Assembly (NCBI GenBank): GCA_050949565.1
Contig: JBMNFY010000010.1
Span: 128,001-192,000 of the forward strand
Direction: 5' to 3'
DNA: 64,000 nucleotides
From: Kiritimatiellia bacterium
Lineage (GTDB): Bacteria; Verrucomicrobiota; Kiritimatiellia; RFP12; UBA1067
Every line of letters begins with the position of its first letter. Positions within the stretch are counted from its first letter, which is position 1. The notes below the pieces were generated by a model. The model had not been told where the DNA came from. It ran no database searches and saw only the letters and a program-made list of their open reading frames with translations. The position numbers and the translations under genes are program-made. This document shows, piece by piece, positions 29,314 through 38,613 of the stretch.

Positions 29314-30128
29314 GCGTGAAACAGGTCAAAGTGGGCAACGTCGTGTTCGGCGGCAAGCGGCTGGCATTCATTGCCGGACCGTGCGTGATTGAGTCGACCA
29401 AGGGCACGGTGGACCTCGCGGCGCGTCTGGTGCGGCTCGCAGAAGAGCTGGAGGTGCCGCTGGTTTTCAAGGCTTCGTTCGACAAGGCGAACCGCACCTC
29501 GGTGGATTCCTATCGCGGGCCGGGGTTGGTCGAAGGACTGGCGGTGTTGCAAGAGGTGCGTGACCGCTTCGGGGTGCCGGTCCTGACCGACATCCATGAG
29601 CCTGATCAGGCGGCGATTGCCGCCGAGGTGGTGGACATCCTGCAGATTCCGGCGTTCCTGTGCCGTCAGACTGACCTCGTGGTGGCGGCGGCGGAGACCG
29701 GCAAGGCGGTCAACGTCAAGAAGGGGCAGTTCCTCGCGCCTGAAGACATGGTCAACGTGATTGAGAAGATCCGTTCGGCCGGAAACGACAAGATCATCCT
29801 GACCGAGCGCGGGGCGAGCTTTGGCTATCACAATCTGGTGGCGGATATGCGCAGTTTGCTGATTATGCGTGAATTGGGCGTGCCGGTGGTGTTCGACGCC
29901 ACACACAGCGTGCAGCGGCCGGGCGGCGCGGGCAAGATGAGCGGGGGGGACGGACGCTGGGCACCGGCCTTGGCGCGCGCTGCGGTGGCGACGGGGGTCG
30001 ACGGCGTGTTCATGGAGACGCATGTCAATCCTGCCGAAGCCCTCTCGGACAAGGCGAACGCCATTCCCTTCAAGGATTTGAAACGATTGTGGCAAACGCT
30101 GGGAGCGATTCATGGTCTGGTGCGCTGA
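29310..30128 (+). CDS. kdsA: KDO 8-phosphate synthase
   Basis: AGPCVIE, FKASFDKANRTS, PAFLCRQTDL, KKGQF, DATHSVQ. Confidence 0.97.
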   Translation: MSVKQVKVGNVVFGGKRLAFIAGPCVIESTKGTVDLAARLVRLAEELEVPLVFKASFDKANRTSVDSYRGPGLVEGLAVLQEVRDRFGVPVLTDIHEPDQAAIAAEVVDILQIPAFLCRQTDLVVAAAETGKAVNVKKGQFLAPEDMVNVIEKIRSAGNDKIILTERGASFGYHNLVADMRSLLIMRELGVPVVFDATHSVQRPGGAGKMSGGDGRWAPALARAAVATGVDGVFMETHVNPAEALSDKANAIPFKDLKRLWQTLGAIHGLVR

Positions 30129-30657
30129 ACAGAGGCGCAGCGTATTGCGCGTGGCGCTGGCGGTCTTCGCGGCGAGCGTCGTCCAGGCGACGGCGACGGC
30201 CGAGGATCCGGACGTCGCGCGTTGGTTCAACCGGCACGACGATGCTGCGTGGCGTCCGTTGGCCGAACGTTGGTCAACGGCCAAGGCGGCCATGACGACG
30301 CCGGTCGAAAACCTCGCGTTGCCGCTGGACTACTACGAAGACGGGCGCATCCGGGCGCGGTTGCGCGCGGAAAAGGCGCAGGTCTTCACGAACGGCTTGA
30401 TTTTTGCGGAAGGTGTGACGGTAGAGCTTTTGACGGCCGAGGGAAAGCCAGACGGCGTGCTCACGGCCGAGGGATGCCTGTTTGATCGCGAGGCCCGGCA
30501 CGGGTACTGCGATGGTCGGGTGACGGTTGAAAAGGACAATGACCGGCTTAAAGGGCGCGGTATGTACTTTTCAACGGTGGGCGAGTATATTAAGATCATG
30601 GGCGAGTGCGAGATACGGACGTATCGCATTCGGAGTAATTTCGGGAGGCTCTTATGA
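30112..30657 (+). CDS. LptC-like LPS export protein
   Basis: Beta-jellyroll-like sequence and position just before lptA/lptB. Confidence 0.6.
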   Translation: MVWCAEQRRSVLRVALAVFAASVVQATATAEDPDVARWFNRHDDAAWRPLAERWSTAKAAMTTPVENLALPLDYYEDGRIRARLRAEKAQVFTNGLIFAEGVTVELLTAEGKPDGVLTAEGCLFDREARHGYCDGRVTVEKDNDRLKGRGMYFSTVGEYIKIMGECEIRTYRIRSNFGRLL

Positions 30658-31280
30658 AACTGAAACGGTTTACGGGGATGATTGTCGTGGCGGCGGGGTT
30701 GCTGGCGGCGGCAGGTGTGTTTGCCCAAGCGGCGGCGGATGGCGGCGCGGCCAAGGAGGTCGGAGAGGCCAAGGAAGCCGGCGCAACCAAGGAAGCCGGC
30801 GTGGCCAAAGTAACCGATGCGAAGGCGGCGGGGGCTGGGACGCAGGCGGAACCCCAGCGCGAGGCGGTGATCACCGCTGAACGCATTGAGTTTGACAATA
30901 AAGAGGGTGTGATCCTTTTTGATGAAAATGTGGTGGTGGACGACCCACAGTTCATGATGAGCTCGGACCGCCTGCTGGTGTTCATGGAGGGAACCAACGA
31001 CGTGCAGCAGATTATGGCGGTCGGCAAGGTGGTCATCACCAACCTCAACCGGTTGGCGAGTTGTGACAAGGCAGTCTATACCAGAAAGGATGGCCAGATC
31101 GTGATGACCGGCAATGCCCGCCTGATGCGGCAGGGCGATGAGGGCGGCGAGGTGACCGGTAACCGCATTACGTTCTGGCTGGACGATGAGCGGATGGAGG
31201 TGTCGCCGGGACGCGTGGTGCTGCCGCCGGGTACCTTCAACAAAGCCGACACCAAGAAACTGATCCCGCAGGGAATGTGA
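30654..31280 (+). CDS. lptA: LptA/OstA family protein
   Basis: Signal peptide; ITAERIEFD, ASCDKAVY, IVMTGNA, GNRIT; upstream of lptB. Confidence 0.78.
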   Translation: MKLKRFTGMIVVAAGLLAAAGVFAQAAADGGAAKEVGEAKEAGATKEAGVAKVTDAKAAGAGTQAEPQREAVITAERIEFDNKEGVILFDENVVVDDPQFMMSSDRLLVFMEGTNDVQQIMAVGKVVITNLNRLASCDKAVYTRKDGQIVMTGNARLMRQGDEGGEVTGNRITFWLDDERMEVSPGRVVLPPGTFNKADTKKLIPQGM

Positions 31281-32044
31281 TTTCACGAATGAATGATGCA
31301 GTTGAACAAAACATCGAGCGAGAGCCGGATATTCAAGCGGACGGCTTGGTGAAGCATTACGGGACGCGCACCGTCGTGGATGGTGTGTCGCTGCACGTCT
31401 CGTGTGGCGAGATCGTCGGTCTGTTGGGGCCTAACGGAGCGGGCAAAACGACCACCTTTTACATGGTGGTGGGCTTGGTGCGTCCGAATGACGGTACGGT
31501 CACGTTCCGCGGGCAGGACATCACGCGCATGCCGGTCTACCGTCGTGCGCGGCTTGGACTGGGTTATCTGGCGCAGGAGCCCTCCACCTTCCGTAAGCTG
31601 ACGGTGGAGGAGAATGTGCTGGCGATTCTTGAAACCATGGATTTGACGAAAGCCGAACGCCGCGCACGCGCCGAGGAACTGCTCGCCAGCCTGAACCTGA
31701 CGAAGGTTGCCCGGCAACGCGCCTACACGCTGAGCGGCGGCGAGCGGCGCAAGCTTGAGATCGCGCGCGCACTGGTGCGCAGTCCGGCGATCCTGATGCT
31801 GGACGAACCGTTCAGCGGGGTGGATCCGTTGGCGGTGCATGACATCCAGGAGATCGTCAGGGGGCTGCGCGACCGCGGGCTCGGCATCATCGTGACCGAT
31901 CACAACGTTCGCGAGACGCTGTCGATCGTGGACCGTGCTTATCTCGTTTATGACGGTAAGATCCTGCGCGAAGGATCGAGTGATTTCTTAGTGCAGGATG
32001 AGACGGCGCGCCGTCTCTATCTCGGACAGAATTTCAGAATGTAA
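31277..32044 (+). CDS. lptB: LPS export ABC transporter ATPase
   Basis: GLLGPNGAGKTTTFYM, LSGGERR, LDEPFSGVDP, TDHNVRETL, YLGQNF. Confidence 0.97.
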   Translation: MISRMNDAVEQNIEREPDIQADGLVKHYGTRTVVDGVSLHVSCGEIVGLLGPNGAGKTTTFYMVVGLVRPNDGTVTFRGQDITRMPVYRRARLGLGYLAQEPSTFRKLTVEENVLAILETMDLTKAERRARAEELLASLNLTKVARQRAYTLSGGERRKLEIARALVRSPAILMLDEPFSGVDPLAVHDIQEIVRGLRDRGLGIIVTDHNVRETLSIVDRAYLVYDGKILREGSSDFLVQDETARRLYLGQNFRM

Positions 32045-32086
32045 CCAAACTAACAAGCCCGCTCCCATGCGGGACAACCAAGGAGG

Positions 32087-32419
32087 ATGCCACCTATGCC
32101 AGTTATGCCCATTGAAGTGACGATTCGTCAGCAAGATGCACCGCCCGGAATCAAGAGATATGCGGAACTCCGCGCGACCAAGTTGGTAGAGGAGTTCCCA
32201 AGAATCGAGAGCGTGCGCGTGGTCGTGGATATGCAGCGCCATATGTACGAGGCGCAGGTCGTTGCGCAACAGAAGAACCTGACAGCGGTCGGTAGCAAAG
32301 AGTTTGCCGATAACGCGCGCGCGGCGATCGACACGGCCGTGGCGCGTGTTGAAAAGCAACTGCGCAAGACGATTCGCAAGCGCAAACATTCGTATACACG
32401 GGTCGCGAGCAGGAAGTAA
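32087..32419 (+). CDS. hpf: Ribosome hibernation factor HPF/RaiA (short form)
   Basis: AAIDTAVARVEKQLRK motif; position after lptB; start may be slightly downstream. Confidence 0.8.
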   Translation: MPPMPVMPIEVTIRQQDAPPGIKRYAELRATKLVEEFPRIESVRVVVDMQRHMYEAQVVAQQKNLTAVGSKEFADNARAAIDTAVARVEKQLRKTIRKRKHSYTRVASRK

Positions 32420-33381
32420 TGGCGGGACCGAAGCAGAGCCAAGCCCGGCCGTCACGCGTTACGGTCGGCCAGTTTTTTGAGGCCGGCCGTGAACGGCTTG
32501 GCTTGGAACTGGTGACGGGACGGATCGGTCTGCGACGGGTAATTGTTGAGCCTGTCGCACACCGCCCCGGTCTCGCCTTGTCGGGTTTTTACCGGCACTT
32601 CGCGCACAAGCGCATCCAAGTGATCGGTATGGCAGAGTTCGAGTATCTCTCGTCCATGCCCGAGGCGCAGCGCGTGCAGCGCCTTGAAGAGTTGTTTGCA
32701 AAAAAAATCCCGTGCATCGTCTTTACGCGCGGCAAGCGCATTTTCCCAGAAGTGGAGCGCTTGGCCAAGCGTAACAACGTCTGTGTGCTGCGGACAAACA
32801 TGGTGACGCGCCACTTTGTCCATTCCGTCTCCTTTGTGCTGGAGGAGCTGTACGCGCCGCGGTGCAAGGTTCACGGAACGATGTTGGAGGTGGCGGGAGT
32901 CGGCGTCTTCATTGAGGGCGCGGCCGGGCTCGGCAAAAGCGAGACCGCGCTGGGGCTAATCAAGCGGGGGCATGCGCTGGTCGCGGACGACCTGACGCAG
33001 TTCCGGCGTGACAGCAACAACACCCTGCTGGGGTCGGCTTTGCCGGTGACCCAGTACTTCATGGAGATCCGCGGGATCGGGATTATCCACGTGCCTTCTA
33101 TTTTCGGCGTGGCGGCGGTGCGTGGCGAGAAACAGGTGGACCTGGTGGTGACGCTGAAACGGCAGGGCGAGGCCGATGCCGAGTTGGACCGCACAGGAAT
33201 GGATGATTTACGTCGTGAATTTCTCGGTGTGGAGGTGCCGCAATTGGTTATCCCCGTGGCTCTAGGCCGTGATCTGGTGAATCTGGTGGAGACGGCGGCG
33301 CAAGAACACAAGGTTCGATCATCGGGGTTTGTCGCGGTGAGCGAGTTGGAGTCGCGGATTAAGCGACACCATTCCACATAG
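32419..33381 (+). CDS. hprK: HPr(Ser) kinase/phosphatase
   Basis: RPGLALSG, HG, GAAGLGKSETAL, LVADD, MEIRGIGII. Confidence 0.95.
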   Translation: MAGPKQSQARPSRVTVGQFFEAGRERLGLELVTGRIGLRRVIVEPVAHRPGLALSGFYRHFAHKRIQVIGMAEFEYLSSMPEAQRVQRLEELFAKKIPCIVFTRGKRIFPEVERLAKRNNVCVLRTNMVTRHFVHSVSFVLEELYAPRCKVHGTMLEVAGVGVFIEGAAGLGKSETALGLIKRGHALVADDLTQFRRDSNNTLLGSALPVTQYFMEIRGIGIIHVPSIFGVAAVRGEKQVDLVVTLKRQGEADAELDRTGMDDLRREFLGVEVPQLVIPVALGRDLVNLVETAAQEHKVRSSGFVAVSELESRIKRHHST

Positions 33382-33395
33382 AGGAGAGCGGGAAA

Positions 33396-33692
33396 GTGGC
33401 CAAGACTACTACAAACAAAGAAACCCGGGAATTCGTGCTGCTGAATAAATACGGCATGCATGTCCGTCCGGCGGGACTTTTCGCCAAGGTGGCATCACGC
33501 TTCAATGCTGAAGTCGATGTCGAAAAGGACGGAACCGTCGTGTCCGGCAAGAGCATTATGGCCTTGATGACGCTGGAAGCAGTGTGCGGCACCAAGCTTA
33601 AGGTTACGGCATCCGGTCCGCAGTCGCACGATGTACTTGATGAGTTGGAGGCGCTGGTCGCCCGTAAGTTCGATATTCCCGATGAACAGTGA
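33396..33692 (+). CDS. ptsH: Phosphocarrier HPr
   Basis: GMHVRPA (His15) and GKSIM (Ser46). Confidence 0.93.
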   Translation: MAKTTTNKETREFVLLNKYGMHVRPAGLFAKVASRFNAEVDVEKDGTVVSGKSIMALMTLEAVCGTKLKVTASGPQSHDVLDELEALVARKFDIPDEQ

Positions 33693-35493
33693 CACACATG
33701 CCGCCTGCGATACCGCGCGTGACGAGATGCGCGTAATGACAGGACTAGCCGTTTCCCGTGGATTCGTCATGGGGCCGGCCTTTCTGTATCGTGCCGGTTC
33801 CAGCGAGCAGGTGCCGGAATACCGGATCGAGCCGGAACAGGTCGAACATGAAGTGGCACGGCTGGTGGATGCGTTTGCGTTGACGCGGACGCAGATCAAT
33901 ACGCTGGCGCAGGAGTTGAAAAAACGCATCAACGGTGATGAAGCCTCCATTTTTGACGGTCATCTGATGATTCTTGATGATCCGACTCTACAGAGTACCT
34001 GCAAAGAAAAAATCGTTAAAGACCTGCGTAACGCCGAGGCAGCGGTCAAGCAGGTTGCCGACACCTACTCGTCCATTTTCGATGCGATGGACGACTCCTA
34101 TTTGCGCGAGCGTGCGCAGGATGTCGGCGATATCGTAAAACGTATTCTGCGTAATTTGTCGGGCGTCGGCAGTGATGCGTCTGCGTTGCGCGTGGAGTAT
34201 CCGTGCATCGTGGTGGCAGACGAACTCTCGCCCTCTGAGGCAATTTCGCTCCCCAAGCATCAGATCCTCGGGTTTGCCACCGACCGCGGTAGTACCACGT
34301 CGCACGCTTCATTGCTGGCGCGTGCGCTGGGTATTCCCGCCGTGGTCGGACTGGGCGCGCTTTCGGCACACGTCAAGAGCGGTGACCTGCTGTTGCTCGA
34401 TGGGACGCGCGGCAAGGTGGTCGTCAATCCGGACAGTGAAGAGCGCGCAGCCTTTGAAAAAATGATGGCCCGCTCGCGGACGCTGACAGAGTCGCTGGAA
34501 CAAGCCACGATGCAACCGGGGCGCACACTGGATGTCCGCCCTGTGCCGTTTTTAGCGAATGTCGACAGCAGTACGGCGCTGGCCGATCTGCATACGGCCG
34601 GTGCCGAGGGAATCGGCCTCTACCGCACTGAGTACTTGTGGCTGCAAGAAGACCGCGAGCCGAGCGAGGAGGAGCAGACGCAGGCATATACGGAGGTGGC
34701 GCGCGCTTTGCCGGACGGACAAGCGGTTGCTATACGCGTGTTGGATCTGGGCGGCGACAAGATGCCCAAAAGCGGCGGCATAATGCACAGAGAGGCCAAT
34801 CCGTTCCTGGGTAACCGCTCGATCCGCTTCCTTTTGCGCAATCCCGATGTCTTTCATCGCCAACTGCGTGCCGTTCTGCGCGCCAGCGCGCACGGCAACG
34901 TGCAGATCCTGTACCCGATGGTCACGACGATTGATGAACTGCATGCCGCCAACATGGAACTGCACACCTGCATGGCTGAACTGAAGGCCCAAGGCATCCC
35001 CTTTGACGAATCGATCCAGCGTGGTGTGATGATCGAAGTTCCGGCTGCGGCACTGATCGCGGATGCGCTGGCCAAGGAGTGCGAGTTTTTCTCGATCGGT
35101 ACCAACGACCTGATCCAGTACACGCTGGCTGTTGACCGCGTGAATGAAACGGTCGCGCGTCTCTATCAACCGACACATCCGGCCGTGCTGCAATTGATCG
35201 ACCTTGCTGTGACGGCCGCGCATGCCAACGGCCTGAGGGTTTCGGTGTGCGGCGAAACGGCGGCCGATCCGGTGATGGCGATGTTATTTATCGGCATGGG
35301 CGTGGATGAACTCAGCATGTCGCCGAATCTCATCCGCCTTGTGAAACGGGCCATCAGCCAGATTTCGTTTGCCGACGCCAAGGCGCTGGCCGACAGTGTA
35401 CGGCGCATGATGGGCACACCGGCCGACCAGATTTACGCTTTCTGTCGTAACCAGCTCATCAAGCTGGTACCGGATCTTCTCTATTTACAGTGA
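33682..35493 (+). CDS. ptsP: PEP-protein phosphotransferase (PTS enzyme I)
   Basis: TSHASLLAR, GIGLYRTE, DLGGDK, NPFLG, MIEVP, SIGTNDL, CGE; likely start MNSDTH at 33682. Confidence 0.96.
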   Translation: MNSDTHAACDTARDEMRVMTGLAVSRGFVMGPAFLYRAGSSEQVPEYRIEPEQVEHEVARLVDAFALTRTQINTLAQELKKRINGDEASIFDGHLMILDDPTLQSTCKEKIVKDLRNAEAAVKQVADTYSSIFDAMDDSYLRERAQDVGDIVKRILRNLSGVGSDASALRVEYPCIVVADELSPSEAISLPKHQILGFATDRGSTTSHASLLARALGIPAVVGLGALSAHVKSGDLLLLDGTRGKVVVNPDSEERAAFEKMMARSRTLTESLEQATMQPGRTLDVRPVPFLANVDSSTALADLHTAGAEGIGLYRTEYLWLQEDREPSEEEQTQAYTEVARALPDGQAVAIRVLDLGGDKMPKSGGIMHREANPFLGNRSIRFLLRNPDVFHRQLRAVLRASAHGNVQILYPMVTTIDELHAANMELHTCMAELKAQGIPFDESIQRGVMIEVPAAALIADALAKECEFFSIGTNDLIQYTLAVDRVNETVARLYQPTHPAVLQLIDLAVTAAHANGLRVSVCGETAADPVMAMLFIGMGVDELSMSPNLIRLVKRAISQISFADAKALADSVRRMMGTPADQIYAFCRNQLIKLVPDLLYLQ

Positions 35494-36143
35494 AGAAATC
35501 ACAAACAAAAATTATCGCGGCAGATGATCCTGTCAGCACGCGCCAGAAGATATTGGACGCTGCGGCCGAAACCTTCGCCGAGCACGGCTTCCGCGCCGCC
35601 ACGACGCGCATGATTTGCGCGAAGGCCGGAGTTAACGTTGCGCTCGTGAATTACTACTTTCATTCCAAGGCTGAGCTTTACAAGGCGGTGATCGCGACCC
35701 TGTTCGAAAATATGGGCAAGACACTGCTGACAATCCCCGACACCGTTACTGATGCAGCCTCGTGGCAGCGGGCCGTGCGGACGTGGGTGGCACGTTCACT
35801 GCAAATTTGCGCGGCGCAAAAACCGCCCGAACTCTGGGTGGCGCGTCTGATGGCGCTTGAAGAGTGCGTGCCGTCAGACCTGACGTACGATATCGAAGAA
35901 AAGTTCGCCAAACCGGTGCGCCAATGCTTCCTGCGTCTCTTGCGCATGGGCTTGCAGGATGACGACCCCGTGACGCTTGCCCTCTGGGCCAGCAACATCC
36001 AATCGCAATGCGTGATCTACGCCTTGACCAAGCAAGGGTGGGGGGCGCGGTTCCGTCCGCCGGACGTGAGCCATGAGGAGTGGATCAAGCGCCTCGAAGA
36101 TCACATTTGCGACGGCATCTTCCAGCGCTTGAAGTATAGCTGA
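35490..36143 (+). CDS. TetR family regulator (CerR-like C-terminus)
   Basis: TRQKILDAA..FAEHGF..TTRMICAKAGVNVALVNYYF. Confidence 0.9.
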   Translation: MKKSQTKIIAADDPVSTRQKILDAAAETFAEHGFRAATTRMICAKAGVNVALVNYYFHSKAELYKAVIATLFENMGKTLLTIPDTVTDAASWQRAVRTWVARSLQICAAQKPPELWVARLMALEECVPSDLTYDIEEKFAKPVRQCFLRLLRMGLQDDDPVTLALWASNIQSQCVIYALTKQGWGARFRPPDVSHEEWIKRLEDHICDGIFQRLKYS

Positions 36144-36149
36144 CGCGCG

Positions 36150-37157
36150 TTACTTCGCGGCCGCTGCCGGAGCAGCTGGCTTTGCATCCGCCGCCGGAGC
36201 CGGAGCGGGAGCAGGCTTTGCTGCTGCGGGAGTCGGCTTTGCCGGTTCTGCCGGAACTGCCGCTGTCGGCTTGGCTACCGGAGCAGGTGCAGGTGCCGGT
36301 TTCGCATCCGCCGCGGGAGCAGGTGCCGGTGTCGCTGCAGCGGGCGCCGCCGGAGCGGGCGCAGGCACCGGTACCGCCGGAACTGCGACCGGAGGTGTCG
36401 TTGCAGGCACGGTGATCGGGGCTGGCGCGTCAACAGCCTTGGCGGCCTCATTGGCAGCGTCAAACAGCGAACGTTCCGCACGCGGCTCGTAACGGGTGAT
36501 CACCCCTTCGAGGTTGGCGATTGCCATTTCCCAGACGGCGTCGTCCGTTTTTTCAGCTTTCAGGTTTTCGAGGAGTTTTTTTGCCTCATCCTTCTTGCCT
36601 TGCAGGGTCATGACGCGGGCGATTCCCATAACGGCCTGGGGACGCAGAAAATGGTTGGCGTAGTTCTTCTCAAATGTCTGGAAAGCCTGTAACGCCTCGT
36701 CCAGCCGGTTGAGACCTTCCAGCGTATGTGCACGCCCCAACTCCGCAATCTCTTTAAAGCCAGCCGGTGCGCCCTTGCGCAGGCAGAGATCGTACGCTTG
36801 CAGCGCCTCTTCATATTTCGACGCATCAAAATACGCTTTGGCCAGCCGCATCCGCGTCGCATTCCCGGCCTTGGTCGAGCCGTATTTTGCGACTGCTGCC
36901 TCCAACTCATCCAACGAATTGGCCCTGAGCAGTTCCTGATTGGCAGCGGCGATCTTGCCTGTGCGCACGCGCTTGAACGTGAGCGCACCGCTCAACAGCA
37001 CCGCCGCGACAGCCAATGTAATCAAAAACTGCTTGCCGTTCGCCTTCCACCAATCATAGAGGGGCAACAACTCTTCCGGCAGGTTCTCAGGGATCGGCAC
37101 CTCCACCGGTTTGGGTGTCTCAGGTGCGACGCTCTTCTTTCCGCTTTTTCCGCTCAT
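36150..37157 (-). CDS. YfgM-like TM/TPR protein with Pro/Ala-rich tail
   Basis: DWWKANG plus TM helix, TPR-like helices, PAPA repeats; likely start MSGKSG at 37157. Confidence 0.75.
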   Translation of the reverse strand: MSGKSGKKSVAPETPKPVEVPIPENLPEELLPLYDWWKANGKQFLITLAVAAVLLSGALTFKRVRTGKIAAANQELLRANSLDELEAAVAKYGSTKAGNATRMRLAKAYFDASKYEEALQAYDLCLRKGAPAGFKEIAELGRAHTLEGLNRLDEALQAFQTFEKNYANHFLRPQAVMGIARVMTLQGKKDEAKKLLENLKAEKTDDAVWEMAIANLEGVITRYEPRAERSLFDAANEAAKAVDAPAPITVPATTPPVAVPAVPVPAPAPAAPAAATPAPAPAADAKPAPAPAPVAKPTAAVPAEPAKPTPAAAKPAPAPAPAADAKPAAPAAAAK

Positions 37158-37236
37158 GTAAATCGCCTTTTGGTAATTGAAAGTGGCCGACATTATCAAC
37201 AATTTCGCATGAAAGATGCAAGTCAAAACCCTACCT

Positions 37237-38586
37237 TTAAATAATCACCGCACCGAGTTTAGCCAGATTTTCCCTTACGGCCTTCGCAGATATCTGCGGT
37301 ACGGTTTTTGAACCTGAGACCGCCAACGCAGCCGCGACTCCGGCGGCTTCACCGGTCTGATTGAGATTGACCATCACCCGCACGGCACCGAACGCAACGC
37401 GGTCAGCCGAAATCATGCGGCCAGCCAACACAAGATTCGGACTTTTGTCGCTTACCATCGTCGAAAAGGGGATTTGATAAAAATCACCCTTTAAACGCTG
37501 GAACTTGTATGTGCCGGTCTTAGGGTCATGGATGTCGACGGGATAAGTCCCGTTGGCGATCGCGTCCTCGAAGCGTCTGCATGCAAGCACATCCTCACCG
37601 GTTAACGTGTAGTTGGCGCTAAATGATCTCGTTTCGCGAATGCCGAGCGATGATGGCAGATCAAGCAGGCAGGGCTTATTAAACTCTCCGCCATATTTTC
37701 GTGCGATGTTCATATAGACACGAACTTGACGTCGCCCTTCGATCTCGGCGGCTGTCAACTGATCTGCATCGGTGGCGACCGTATCGAAGACATGACGATA
37801 CGCGCACATTTTAACTCCGCTGGAGCTCGGGATTTCCGCATCCCATGTGGCGTCTGGCACCAGCCCGAACTCCTCCCGATGCACGTCAATCAGCTTACGG
37901 ATATTTTTAGGCAACCCGATGATTTTCGCACAGGTGGTCGGCGGCTGTAGGCCATCGCGTATTTCAAACGGTAGCCCGGCGTGCATCGCCAGATCGCCAT
38001 CGCCGGTAGCATCGATAAAGACCTTCGCCCTGATTGCCTGGCGTCCATTTTTATTCTCGATGAAAACCGCGTTGATCTGGTTGTGCTGCAGTTGCGCACC
38101 GACATAAACCGTATTGAGATACGGGGTGATTTTATGTTCCAACACAAGTGCATCAAGCTCAATTTTCAACTCTTCAGTATTGAGATAAAATCCGTGGGCA
38201 TCTGAATTTACCGCCCCAAGCAGTTCGAGCTTTTTGATCACCTGCTCGGTCAATCCGCCGATGATCTGCTTTCTGTCTTGGCTATTGCTGATGAGTTTGT
38301 GCCAGACGTTGACGATGCCTGCGGTGGCCATGCCGCCAAATGCGTTCTGTTTTTCAACCAGTGCTACACGAGCGCCCATCTGCGCCGCCCGAACGGCGGC
38401 AAAGACACCCGTGCAGCCACCGCCTAGCACACACACGTCACACGCTTTCACGACAGGAACTTTGCGCGGTTTTTCTTCGATTGAATCAAGCGATGGAGTC
38501 TGTTGCAAAACCATCGTCTCCTGCGCCAGCGCCCTCATTCCCGTCACAGCCAAAGCCGTCGTACTCAAAAATGTTCTTCTGTTCAT
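37237..38586 (-). CDS. Tat-exported FAD-dependent oxidoreductase
   Basis: NRRTFL, DVCVLGGG.TG, FIDATGDGD, GIRETR, AGRMIS, GEAAG. Confidence 0.88.
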   Translation of the reverse strand: MNRRTFLSTTALAVTGMRALAQETMVLQQTPSLDSIEEKPRKVPVVKACDVCVLGGGCTGVFAAVRAAQMGARVALVEKQNAFGGMATAGIVNVWHKLISNSQDRKQIIGGLTEQVIKKLELLGAVNSDAHGFYLNTEELKIELDALVLEHKITPYLNTVYVGAQLQHNQINAVFIENKNGRQAIRAKVFIDATGDGDLAMHAGLPFEIRDGLQPPTTCAKIIGLPKNIRKLIDVHREEFGLVPDATWDAEIPSSSGVKMCAYRHVFDTVATDADQLTAAEIEGRRQVRVYMNIARKYGGEFNKPCLLDLPSSLGIRETRSFSANYTLTGEDVLACRRFEDAIANGTYPVDIHDPKTGTYKFQRLKGDFYQIPFSTMVSDKSPNLVLAGRMISADRVAFGAVRVMVNLNQTGEAAGVAAALAVSGSKTVPQISAKAVRENLAKLGAVII

Positions 38587-38613
38587 TTCTACTCCTTCTC
38601 TTTTTTTGACGTT

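Noticed and set aside
36170-36430. GC-rich tandem repeats
   Set aside because: Explained by the Pro/Ala-rich coding tail of the TPR protein
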